DNA of 32,000 bases, taken from the NCBI RefSeq assembly GCF_000175255.2, contig NC_017262.1:1170001-1202000 (forward strand). The letters run 5' to 3'. This DNA is from Zymomonas mobilis subsp. mobilis ATCC 10988 (lineage in GTDB: Bacteria > Pseudomonadota > Alphaproteobacteria > Sphingomonadales > Sphingomonadaceae). Numbering within the stretch: the stretch's first letter is position 1; each line of letters begins with the position of its first letter. This document shows positions 15,593-23,433 of the stretch, in pieces. Made by a program: the position numbers and the translations under genes. Below the pieces are notes generated by a model. That model had not been told where the DNA came from. It ran no database searches and saw nothing but the letters and a program-made list of their open reading frames with translations.

Positions 15593-15685
15593 TGGCGGAG
15601 ACGGAGGGATTCGAACCCTCGGTAGGGGTTGTACCCCTACGACGGTTTAGCAAACCGTTGGTTTCAGCCACTCACCCACGTCTCC
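15593..15685 (-). tRNA. tRNA-Ser (anticodon GCU), class II with long variable arm, CCA encoded
   Basis: The minus strand reads GGAGACGTGGGTGAGTGGCTGAAACCAACGGTTTGCTAAACCGTCGTAGGGGTACAACCCCTACCGAGGGTTCGAATCCCTCCGTCTCCGCCA. Acceptor stem GGAGACG/CGTCTCC, anticodon stem ACGGT/ACCGT with loop TTGCTAA, T-arm GAGGGTTCGAATCCCTC, long extra arm. Confidence 0.93.
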
Positions 15686-15795
15686 AGCGCTTCAATGATG
15701 GCTTGTGAAAAGGGGCTATAACCATCTCCTGATCTATGATCAATAACCCAATGCAAAGAAAAGCGATTTTTTTTATAAAAAATGCATTTTAAAGC

Positions 15796-15866
15796 AAAAA
15801 AATCAGACTTTTGGGTGTTTCTGTTCCAAAAGCTTAATGTGTTTTTGGTCAATCTAATGGCCAAAA
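15796..15866 (-). ncRNA. Candidate small RNA or second terminator module between ptrB and tRNA-Ser (speculative)
   Basis: On the minus strand there is a TATAAA -10-like box (15878..15873). Next comes an imperfect hairpin TTTTGGCC..GACCAAAA, then hairpin CTTTTGG-N11-CCAAAAG (15832..15808) followed by TCTGA and T7 (15802..15796). It lies downstream of the ptrB terminator and upstream of the tRNA. Confidence 0.2.
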
Positions 15867-15952
15867 TGTTATTTTATAGTCTGGATGAAAATATTTCAGC
15901 TGAAGATAGCGGCTATTTTATCTTCCTCGGAAAGGCCTTTGATCGATTTATT

Positions 15953-15979
15953 AAAAAAACTCCGCCTCGGAAGGCGGAG
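15953..15979 (-). terminator. Intrinsic terminator of the oligopeptidase B gene
   Basis: The minus strand reads CTCCGCC-TTCCGA-GGCGGAG followed by TTTTTTT, about 40 nt after the ptrB stop. Confidence 0.8.
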
Positions 15980-16018
15980 TTAAAAAGTTTGATAGATTAT
16001 CTGTTGTTTTGATGAGCG

Positions 16019-18085
16019 TTAATCCGCCAGATGGCTGATAACAAAACTATAGGCTTCGGCGGTTTCTTCCAAACGGGCATAGCGTCCTGATTTTCCGCCA
16101 TGACCTGCGCCCATGTTGATTTTGCATAATAATTCATTGTTATCGCTTTTGGTGGCTCGTAAGCGCGCTGTCCATTTGGCGGGTTCCCAATAGGTAACGC
16201 GCGGATCATTCAAGCCGCCGGTAATAAGCATTGGTGGATAGGGTTGTGCCTTTACATTATCATAAGGGCTGTAAGACAAGATAAGATCAAATGCCTTTTC
16301 ATCGGTAATCGGGTTGCCCCATTCCGGCCATTCTCCCGGTGTCAAAGGCAGACTTTCATCCAGCATTGTATTCAGAACATCGACAAAAGGCACTTCGGCG
16401 ACAACAGCACCCCATAAATTTGGGTCAGTATTGCTGACGACACCCATCAATTCACCACCGGCAGACCCTCCGTGAATCGCGATTTTTCCGGATTTGGTGA
16501 AATGATGTTCAATTAGGCCTTTGGCGACATCGCTAAAATCATGGAAGCTGTTCCAGCGTTTCTCCAATTTACCGTCCAAATACCATTGATAACCGAGATC
16601 ATCGCCGCCGCGAATATGGGCAATGGCATAGGCAAAACCCCGATCCAGCAAGCTAAGGCGACTGGTCGAGAAATAGGGCGCGATGCTGATGCCATAAGCC
16701 CCATAACCATAAAGCAGTAATTTACCTTCGCCGTCTTTTTCAAAGTCTTTCCGATAGACCACCGTGACCGGCACAGAAACACCATCCCGTGCCTTTATCA
16801 TCAGCCGTTCACTGCTATAGGCTTCGGGATCATAGCCCGAAGGGACTTCCTGCCTTTTTAAGAAGCGAAGCGTCTTTGAATCAGGATCATAATCATAAAT
16901 GGTAGGTGGTGTGACCATCGATTCATAACGCAGACGGTAATAGACCGGATCATAGGCAGGGTTATGGTCAAAGCTAACGCTGTAGCTGGCTTCAGGAAAT
17001 TCGATATATTCCAATTGGCCATCTGGATGACGAAGGATGATTTGATCCAAGCCTTCTTTCCGAGCGGATAAAAGCAGATGATCAGAAAAGGCATGCAAGC
17101 CCGTCAAATATAAGAGGTCGGAGCCCGCGATTTCAGTCTGCCAATCCGAAGCTGTATCAAAGCTGGCACTAGCCAATCTGAAATTGACATGATTGTCATT
17201 GGTTAGAATCCAGAGTTTACCTTGCCCGCTATCAACCGAATAAAGTCGTCCTGTTTTTCGTGGGCTGATAAGGTCAGGTGGGCTGTCGATATCATCTGTC
17301 GGGATAAGGTAAATCTCACTGGTCTGGTGATTACCGGATTCAAGGAAAATCCACTGTCTATCCTGACTGCGGGATAGAGAAACCCGAAAGCCATCATCCT
17401 GTTCGCGGTAGATTTCGCGATCTTGGCTACTGTCTTCCCCGATGATGTGACGCATTGCCCGATAATTACGCCAATTATCATTAACCTCGGTATAAAGCAC
17501 GGCACGGGAATCGGCTGACCAGACAACCGCACCATTGACGACTGAACTGACGGTTTCAATATCCTTGCCGCTTTCAAGGTCGCGGATTTGTAAGGTAAAG
17601 CGTTCGGCACCGTTATTGTCACATGTCCAAGCCGCAAGACGTCCGTCAGGGCTGATACTCAAAGCACCCAGACGGAAATAATCATAGCTCTCAGCCTCGG
17701 CGGCTTCATCAATCAGAATTTGTTTTTTATCTTCTGTGTCAGCCATCAAACGGCGATACCATGCTCGATATTGACTTCCCGATTGGAAAGACCACCAATA
17801 AAGATAGTCTCCATCCTGCCATGGAACGGCCTGTTCATCCTCTTGTAATCGGGCTTTCATCTCCGAAAATAATTGGCCAGTCAAAGCAGCCCGAGGCTTC
17901 ATCGCCTGTTCGAAAAAAGCGTTTTCCTGTTTGAGGTAATCGAGAATGTCCGGATCATCGACCGTAGGGTAATGCGGGTCTTTCAGCCAGGCATATTCAT
18001 CCTGAAGCGTTTTACCGTGGAGTGTAAAACTATGGGCTCTTTTTTGGGCAACCGGAGGGCTAGGCAAAGCGGATGATTGCGACAC
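16019..18085 (-). CDS. ptrB: Oligopeptidase B (S9A prolyl oligopeptidase family serine protease)
   Basis: 688 aa with a GTG start and AAGGTGA upstream. N-terminal beta-propeller region with DEYAWLKD. Catalytic-domain motifs IHGGSAGGELMG (Ser) and NMGAGHGGKSGR (His). Confidence 0.88.
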   Translation of the reverse strand: MSQSSALPSPPVAQKRAHSFTLHGKTLQDEYAWLKDPHYPTVDDPDILDYLKQENAFFEQAMKPRAALTGQLFSEMKARLQEDEQAVPWQDGDYLYWWSFQSGSQYRAWYRRLMADTEDKKQILIDEAAEAESYDYFRLGALSISPDGRLAAWTCDNNGAERFTLQIRDLESGKDIETVSSVVNGAVVWSADSRAVLYTEVNDNWRNYRAMRHIIGEDSSQDREIYREQDDGFRVSLSRSQDRQWIFLESGNHQTSEIYLIPTDDIDSPPDLISPRKTGRLYSVDSGQGKLWILTNDNHVNFRLASASFDTASDWQTEIAGSDLLYLTGLHAFSDHLLLSARKEGLDQIILRHPDGQLEYIEFPEASYSVSFDHNPAYDPVYYRLRYESMVTPPTIYDYDPDSKTLRFLKRQEVPSGYDPEAYSSERLMIKARDGVSVPVTVVYRKDFEKDGEGKLLLYGYGAYGISIAPYFSTSRLSLLDRGFAYAIAHIRGGDDLGYQWYLDGKLEKRWNSFHDFSDVAKGLIEHHFTKSGKIAIHGGSAGGELMGVVSNTDPNLWGAVVAEVPFVDVLNTMLDESLPLTPGEWPEWGNPITDEKAFDLILSYSPYDNVKAQPYPPMLITGGLNDPRVTYWEPAKWTARLRATKSDNNELLCKINMGAGHGGKSGRYARLEETAEAYSFVISHLAD

Positions 18086-18109
18086 AGAAAATCACCTTTA
18101 TTTATAATT

Positions 18110-18124
18110 TCTGACATTGTCAGA
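18110..18124. promoter_or_regulatory. 15-bp palindrome TCTGACA-T-TGTCAGA (putative operator, site 1)
   Basis: Perfect 7-1-7 inverted repeat, 25 nt upstream of the ptrB GTG, in the 124-bp divergent intergenic region. Confidence 0.35.
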
Positions 18125-18142
18125 TATATTATGACGATATGA

Positions 18143-18157
18143 TCTGACAGTATCAGA
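18143..18157. promoter_or_regulatory. 15-bp near-copy TCTGACAGTATCAGA (putative operator, site 2)
   Basis: 13/15 identical to site 1, centre-to-centre 33 bp. Overlaps a -35-like CTGACA (18144-49) that lies 17 nt upstream of TATTAT (18167-72), a possible promoter for the aminopeptidase P gene. Confidence 0.35.
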
Positions 18158-18209
18158 AAGTAATGTTATTATAGCTGCGTTTTATAAGAAGATAGGTCGA
18201 AGGAAGAAC

Positions 18210-20009
18210 ATGTCCAGTCACAGACAACGTTTAGGGGCGTTAAGAACAGAGTTAGCCCGCGAAAATCTGAATGGTTTTTTTGTCCCTTTGACCGATGAGC
18301 ATATGAGCGAATATATCGGTGCCTATGCCTGTCGACTGGAATGGTTAACCGGATTTGGTGGTTCTGCTGGTTCTGCGGTCGTCTTAGAAGGACAGGCGGC
18401 TATTTTTGTTGATGGCCGTTATACTATTCAGGTCACAGAACAGGTCGATCCTGAATTATGGTCATATAAATCTTTACCCGCTGATGACCCTGTTGCATGG
18501 GCGATTGCTCATTTGAAGGCGGGGGACAGAATTGGATATGATCCTTGGTTAGCTAGCCTAGGATGGGAAAAACAAGCTCGCCGCCGTCTGGACGCTCAAA
18601 AAATTGAATTGGTGGCGCTACCGACAAATCCGATAGATGCTATCTGGTCTGACCGGCCTTTACCGTCTCAAGCACCGGCCTTTATTCAACCTGAAAATTT
18701 GGCGGGTAAAACTTCCGAGCAGAAACGGCATGAAGTCGCGGAATGGTTGAATGCAAAACAGGCAGATACGCTGGTTTTAACAGCACTCGATTCAATCGCG
18801 TGGCTGTTTAATATGCGCGGCAGTGATGTCAGCTGCACGCCAGTAGCTCTAGCTTTTGCCCTGACCCATAAAGATGGCTCGGCTGATTTATTTATTGATC
18901 CGGCAAAAACGGATGATGCTTTGAAAGAAGCTATGGGGAATGCGGTTCATTTCCACGATCAAGCGGATTTTCCTGATGCTTTAAAAGCATTATCTGGGAA
19001 ATCGGTTATTGTTGATCCTGAAAGAACGGTAGCCGCTATTACCGCTTTGTTGCAGGACGGCGGCGCGCGCCTTTCCTATGACCGTGATCCAGTTGTTTTG
19101 ATGAAGGCGATTAAAAACCGCGCCGAGATTGAAGGCCATCGCCAAGCCCAACTTTGGGATGCGGTCGCTCTTGCAAAATTTTTCTATTGGTTATCCCAAA
19201 CGGCACCAAAAAGGCAGCTGACCGAATTATCAGCAGCTGAAAAACTACTGTCCTTCCGTCAGGAAAGCGGTCATCTGGTCGACCTGTCTTTTGAAACGAT
19301 TTCTGCCGCGGCGGCGCATAGTGCTATTCCTCATTATCGGGTGACAGAAGCCAGCAATCTGCCTTTGAAAAAAGATGAAATTTATCTGGTGGATTCCGGC
19401 GGGCAATATCCGAATGGCACGACTGATGTGACCCGCACGGTAATCATCGGCACCCCTACCGAAGAAATGAAACAGCGTTTTACGCTGGTATTAAAAGGGC
19501 ATATCGCTTTGGCAACAGCCGTCTTTCCGGCCGGCACATCGGGGGGGCAATTAGACAGTTTTGCGCGCCAATATCTCTGGCGGGCAGGCGTTGATTATGC
19601 TCATGGGACGGGACATGGCGTAGGTGCCTTTTTATCCGTGCATGAAGGCCCGCAACGTATTTCGCCATCTGGTGGCGCTTTTTCTGGCGGGAACGAGGTT
19701 CTGCGGGCGGGTATGATCCTGTCTAATGAGCCGGGTTATTATAAATCAGGCGCCTTCGGTATTCGTATCGAGAATTTGTTGCTGGTTAAGCCCGTTGAGG
19801 TCGCAGAGGCAGAAAAACCTTGCCTTGCCTTCGAGACATTAAACTTCACGCCAATAGACAGAAATCTGATTAATTCCTCTCTTTTGAGCGAATCAGAAAT
19901 AAGCTGGCTGAACCAATATCATCAGGAAGTTTGTCAAAAACTGTTACCTTTCCTGTCCATGCAGGAAGCCGAATGGCTGAAAGCCGCGACCGCGCCTTTG
20001 AGGGGATAG
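18210..20009 (+). CDS. Xaa-Pro aminopeptidase (aminopeptidase P, M24B family, long ~600-aa form)
   Basis: 599 aa with AGGAAG upstream. Creatinase/AMP_N-type N-terminal domains. Pita-bread metal ligand context: LVDSGGQY, TDVTRT, HGTGHGVG, SNEPGYY and IRIENL. Confidence 0.88.
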   Translation: MSSHRQRLGALRTELARENLNGFFVPLTDEHMSEYIGAYACRLEWLTGFGGSAGSAVVLEGQAAIFVDGRYTIQVTEQVDPELWSYKSLPADDPVAWAIAHLKAGDRIGYDPWLASLGWEKQARRRLDAQKIELVALPTNPIDAIWSDRPLPSQAPAFIQPENLAGKTSEQKRHEVAEWLNAKQADTLVLTALDSIAWLFNMRGSDVSCTPVALAFALTHKDGSADLFIDPAKTDDALKEAMGNAVHFHDQADFPDALKALSGKSVIVDPERTVAAITALLQDGGARLSYDRDPVVLMKAIKNRAEIEGHRQAQLWDAVALAKFFYWLSQTAPKRQLTELSAAEKLLSFRQESGHLVDLSFETISAAAAHSAIPHYRVTEASNLPLKKDEIYLVDSGGQYPNGTTDVTRTVIIGTPTEEMKQRFTLVLKGHIALATAVFPAGTSGGQLDSFARQYLWRAGVDYAHGTGHGVGAFLSVHEGPQRISPSGGAFSGGNEVLRAGMILSNEPGYYKSGAFGIRIENLLLVKPVEVAEAEKPCLAFETLNFTPIDRNLINSSLLSESEISWLNQYHQEVCQKLLPFLSMQEAEWLKAATAPLRG

Positions 20010-20118
20010 TGATTATATGAAAAATATTAGAGGACGCAATCTTTTTAATAAAAAATAGGTTATATTTTATATAATCCTTGCGAGAAGTTTGGCGTAACTG
20101 TAACAACAATACGTTTGA

Positions 20119-20481
<363 letters not shown>

Positions 20482-20574
20482 GCTGCACTGGTTAATTGTA
20501 AAGAACAGGCTTTTAAGCTACGCACATCTGTTTTTCGTCTCTCCCCTGTCAGGACATTAAAGGGTAATCATATT

Positions 20575-21987
20575 ATGGCCAATTCGGCATCTGATCTGCT
20601 TAAGCTTATCAAGGAAAAAGAAATCGACTGGGTCGATCTGCGTTTCACCGACCCCAAAGGCAAATGGCAACATCTGACCATGGCAAGCACGGTTGTCGGT
20701 GAAGACGATCTGAATGACGGTTTTATGTTTGACGGTTCTTCCATTGAAGGATGGAAAACGATCAACGAAAGCGACATGATCCTGAAACCTGATCTGGACG
20801 CTTTTTACATTGATCCTTTCTCGGCATCCCCAATGCTGATTTTGATCTGCGATATTGTTGAACCTGCAACGGGCGAATTTTACAGCCGCGACCCGCGTTC
20901 GACCGCTAAGCGGGCAGAAGCCTATGTTAAAACTTTGGGTCTGGGTGATACTGTTTACATTGGCCCTGAAGCTGAATTTTTCCTGTTTGATGATGTCCGT
21001 TTTGACAGTGGCTATAACGGCAGCTTCTATCGGGTTGATGATATCGAATTGCCGACCAACAGCGGTCGCGAATATGACAATGGGAACCTTGCTCATCGTC
21101 CGGGCGTCAAAGGCGGTTACTTCCCAGTTGCTCCGGTTGATTCCGCTGTTGATATCCGTAGCGAAATGGTCTCAACGATGTTGGAAATGGGTCTCCCCAT
21201 GGACAAACATCACCATGAAGTGGCACCTGCCCAGCATGAATTAGGTTTAACCTTTGGCACGCTCACGCAGACGGCTGATCGTATGCAGGTCTATAAATAT
21301 GTCGTGCATCAGATTGCACAGGCCTATGGCAAGACCGCAACCTTTATGCCCAAGCCGATTTCCGGTGATAACGGTTCTGGCATGCATACCCATATTTCTA
21401 TCTGGGATGGTGGTAAGCCGACTTTTGCCGGTTCTGAATATGCTGGCTTGTCCGAAAATGCCCTGTATTTTATCGGTGGTATTATCCGCCACGCCAAAGC
21501 TATCAATGGTTTGACCAATCCGTCAACCAACAGCTACAAACGTCTGGTTCCGGGTTTTGAAGCGCCTGTTCTTTTGGCCTATTCTGCCCGTAACCGCTCT
21601 GCTTCCTGCCGTATTCCTTATGGTACCGGTGAAAAATCTCGCCGCGTTGAAATCCGCTTCCCGGATGCAACCGCCAACCCGTATCTCTGCTATACGGCTC
21701 TGTTGATGGCTGGTATCGACGGTATTCAGAACAAGATTCATCCGGGTGAAGCCATGGATTGCAATCTTTATGATCTGCCGCCGGAAGAATTGGCCAAGGT
21801 TCCGACCGTAGCCGGTTCTTTGCGTGAAGCTTTGGATGCTTTGTCTGAAGATTTCGACTTCCTGACCAAAGGTGACGTTTTCACCGAAGATCAGATCAAA
21901 TCCTATATCGAAATCAAACGGGCTGAAGTTCTTCGTTGGGAAATGGCTCCCAGCCCAGTTGAATTTGAAATGTATTATTCTCTCTAA
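20575..21987 (+). CDS. glnA: Glutamine synthetase type I
   Basis: 470 aa. Typical GS-I stretches: [27 protein letters not shown] and [17 protein letters not shown]. The adenylylation-site context NLYDLPPEE is present. Confidence 0.95.
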   Translation: MANSASDLLKLIKEKEIDWVDLRFTDPKGKWQHLTMASTVVGEDDLNDGFMFDGSSIEGWKTINESDMILKPDLDAFYIDPFSASPMLILICDIVEPATGEFYSRDPRSTAKRAEAYVKTLGLGDTVYIGPEAEFFLFDDVRFDSGYNGSFYRVDDIELPTNSGREYDNGNLAHRPGVKGGYFPVAPVDSAVDIRSEMVSTMLEMGLPMDKHHHEVAPAQHELGLTFGTLTQTADRMQVYKYVVHQIAQAYGKTATFMPKPISGDNGSGMHTHISIWDGGKPTFAGSEYAGLSENALYFIGGIIRHAKAINGLTNPSTNSYKRLVPGFEAPVLLAYSARNRSASCRIPYGTGEKSRRVEIRFPDATANPYLCYTALLMAGIDGIQNKIHPGEAMDCNLYDLPPEELAKVPTVAGSLREALDALSEDFDFLTKGDVFTEDQIKSYIEIKRAEVLRWEMAPSPVEFEMYYSL

Positions 21988-22000
21988 TTCTAATTTGAAT

Positions 22001-22031
22001 CTATTCTGTCCTTGACAGGATAGGGTTTTTT
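22001..22031 (+). terminator. Intrinsic terminator of glnA (first of two)
   Basis: CTATTCTGTC-CTT-GACAGGATAG (10 bp, one G-U pair) followed by GG and T6. Confidence 0.75.
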
Positions 22032-22036
22032 AGAAA

Positions 22037-22075
22037 AGGGGATGTCCGGAACTTTTCGGGCATCCCCTATTTTTA
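22037..22075 (+). terminator. Second, possibly bidirectional terminator hairpin after glnA
   Basis: AGGGGATG...CATCCCCT outer stem with inner CCG/CGG pairing. Flanked by AAAA on the 5' side and TATTTTTATT on the 3' side. Confidence 0.6.
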
Positions 22076-22119
22076 TTACTGTCTGTTGTTTTATTATATT
22101 GCGGCATATTTTCTTTCCG

Positions 22120-22135
22120 ATTGTCGGGGGACAAT
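22120..22135. promoter_or_regulatory. Palindrome ATTGTC-GGGG-GACAAT upstream of the MFS pump gene
   Basis: Perfect 6-4-6 inverted repeat 48 nt upstream of ATG 22183. Function unknown; could be an operator or a 5'-UTR hairpin. Confidence 0.2.
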
Positions 22136-22182
22136 TAAAGAACGGCCGCTCTTCAATTCTATAATTTAAAGAGAGGTCTCTT

Positions 22183-23433
22183 ATGGCTGTAACATCCCGC
22201 CATGAACGTCCCGCGGAAAGAGGATGCCAGCCTTTATCTTTTCCGGCTTTCGTTTTGTTCATTGCCGGAATGATGGCTATTCCGTCTTTGGCTTTTGATT
22301 CTATGTTACCGGCTTTGCCGGAAATGGGAAAAAGCTTTTCGGTTACAAATCCAAATGACCAACAATGGATTATTGTTGTTTATTTTCTGGGTATTGGTTT
22401 CGCCCAAATCTTCTATGGTCCTTTATCTGACCGCTTTGGTCGTAAGCCGGTTTTGATAACAGGTTATATCCTGTTTATCTTGACTAGTTTGATGGTCGGG
22501 CTGTCCCAAAGCTATCCATTATTGCTGGCTGCCCGTTTGATCCAAGGTGTCGCAGCGGCCTCGTCCCGTGTTTTGGCAACCTCTATTGTTCGTGACTGTT
22601 TTTCCGGTCGGCGCATGTCAAAAGTCATGTCCTTTGCGGTCATTATTTTTATGGGCGTGCCTATTTTTGCACCTTCATTGGGATCAGTCGTCTTATTATA
22701 TGCATCTTGGCGGGCGATTTTCTTCTCTTTGACCTTATTTACCCTGTTCTTCATTGCCATGATTATCTGGCGTTTGCCGGAAACCTTGCATCCTGAAGAT
22801 CGGCGTGATCTTGACTGGAAAGATACCATCAGAGCCGCAGGGCTTTTCTTTAAGAGCAGAGATACGGTTGCCTATACTTTGGCTTTGATGATGATCGAAG
22901 GTGGTTTGTTGGGTTATCTTAACTCTGTTGTGGAGATTTTTACCGATAATTTTCACGCTTCACCGAAAGTCTTTAACCTTGCCTTTGCCGCAGGCGGGGG
23001 CTTCATGATTCTGGCCTGTCTTACTAACTCTTTTCTGGTCGAAAAAGTGGGTATGCATCGGTTAGGACATGGGTCATTATTCATGATGATTGCAATGTCT
23101 ATCGCTCATGCTTTCTTGGGCTATTGCGGTCTCGAAACGGCTTATACTTTTGTCATCATGCAGGGTATGACCATGTTTTTCTTTTCTCTCTGCATTGCCA
23201 ATTTCTCGGCCATTTCTATGGAACCCATGGGGCATATCGCGGGTATGGCATCATCAATCCAAGGATTCATCTGGCTCGTCGGCGGTGATTTCTTTGGGGC
23301 GATATTGGGACAGATGTTTAATAATACCATTTTCCCGATGACCATCGGAAACGCTCTTTATGGTCTCTTTGCCCTTGCTATTATTTTATGGGCTGAAAAA
23401 GGCCGCCTTTTTGTCCCCAAAGAAAATCAGTAA
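22183..23433 (+). CDS. MFS transporter, Bcr/CflA-like drug/H+ antiporter subfamily
   Basis: 416 aa with about 12 hydrophobic segments. MFS loop 2-3 motif GPLSDRFGRKPVL, and an N-terminal DSMLPALPEMGKSF typical of Bcr/CflA-type pumps. Its 3' end overlaps tamB by 7 nt (convergent). Confidence 0.8.
   Translation: MAVTSRHERPAERGCQPLSFPAFVLFIAGMMAIPSLAFDSMLPALPEMGKSFSVTNPNDQQWIIVVYFLGIGFAQIFYGPLSDRFGRKPVLITGYILFILTSLMVGLSQSYPLLLAARLIQGVAAASSRVLATSIVRDCFSGRRMSKVMSFAVIIFMGVPIFAPSLGSVVLLYASWRAIFFSLTLFTLFFIAMIIWRLPETLHPEDRRDLDWKDTIRAAGLFFKSRDTVAYTLALMMIEGGLLGYLNSVVEIFTDNFHASPKVFNLAFAAGGGFMILACLTNSFLVEKVGMHRLGHGSLFMMIAMSIAHAFLGYCGLETAYTFVIMQGMTMFFFSLCIANFSAISMEPMGHIAGMASSIQGFIWLVGGDFFGAILGQMFNNTIFPMTIGNALYGLFALAIILWAEKGRLFVPKENQ

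Noticed and set aside
14446-15685. tRNA-Ser as an integration hotspot, with the orphan lipoprotein gene as island cargo
   Set aside because: There is no integrase, no direct repeat of the tRNA 3' end that I could find in the window, and no obvious compositional break. The single gene is insufficient evidence.
15664-16012. ORFs 15664..15864 (-) and 15782..16012 (+) in the tRNA/ptrB intergenic region. The same applies to 2774..3013 (-) and 21990..22262 (-)
   Set aside because: They run through tRNA sequence, terminator hairpins or AT-rich promoter DNA. Their translations are low-complexity, and they overlap better-supported features.
16513-17637. Same-strand alternative-frame ORFs inside ptrB (16513..16785, 16858..17094, 17203..17637)
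   Set aside because: All are nested in the oligopeptidase B gene, whose own frame carries the full set of S9 motifs. The nested ORFs have no independent start signals.
20557-21096. 179-aa minus-strand ORF opposite glnA (and the nested 20568..20777 ORF)
   Set aside because: It is antisense to a highly conserved GS-I coding region. It has no RBS or promoter features and no recognisable domain, so it is most simply a shadow ORF. Only ribosome profiling could revive it.
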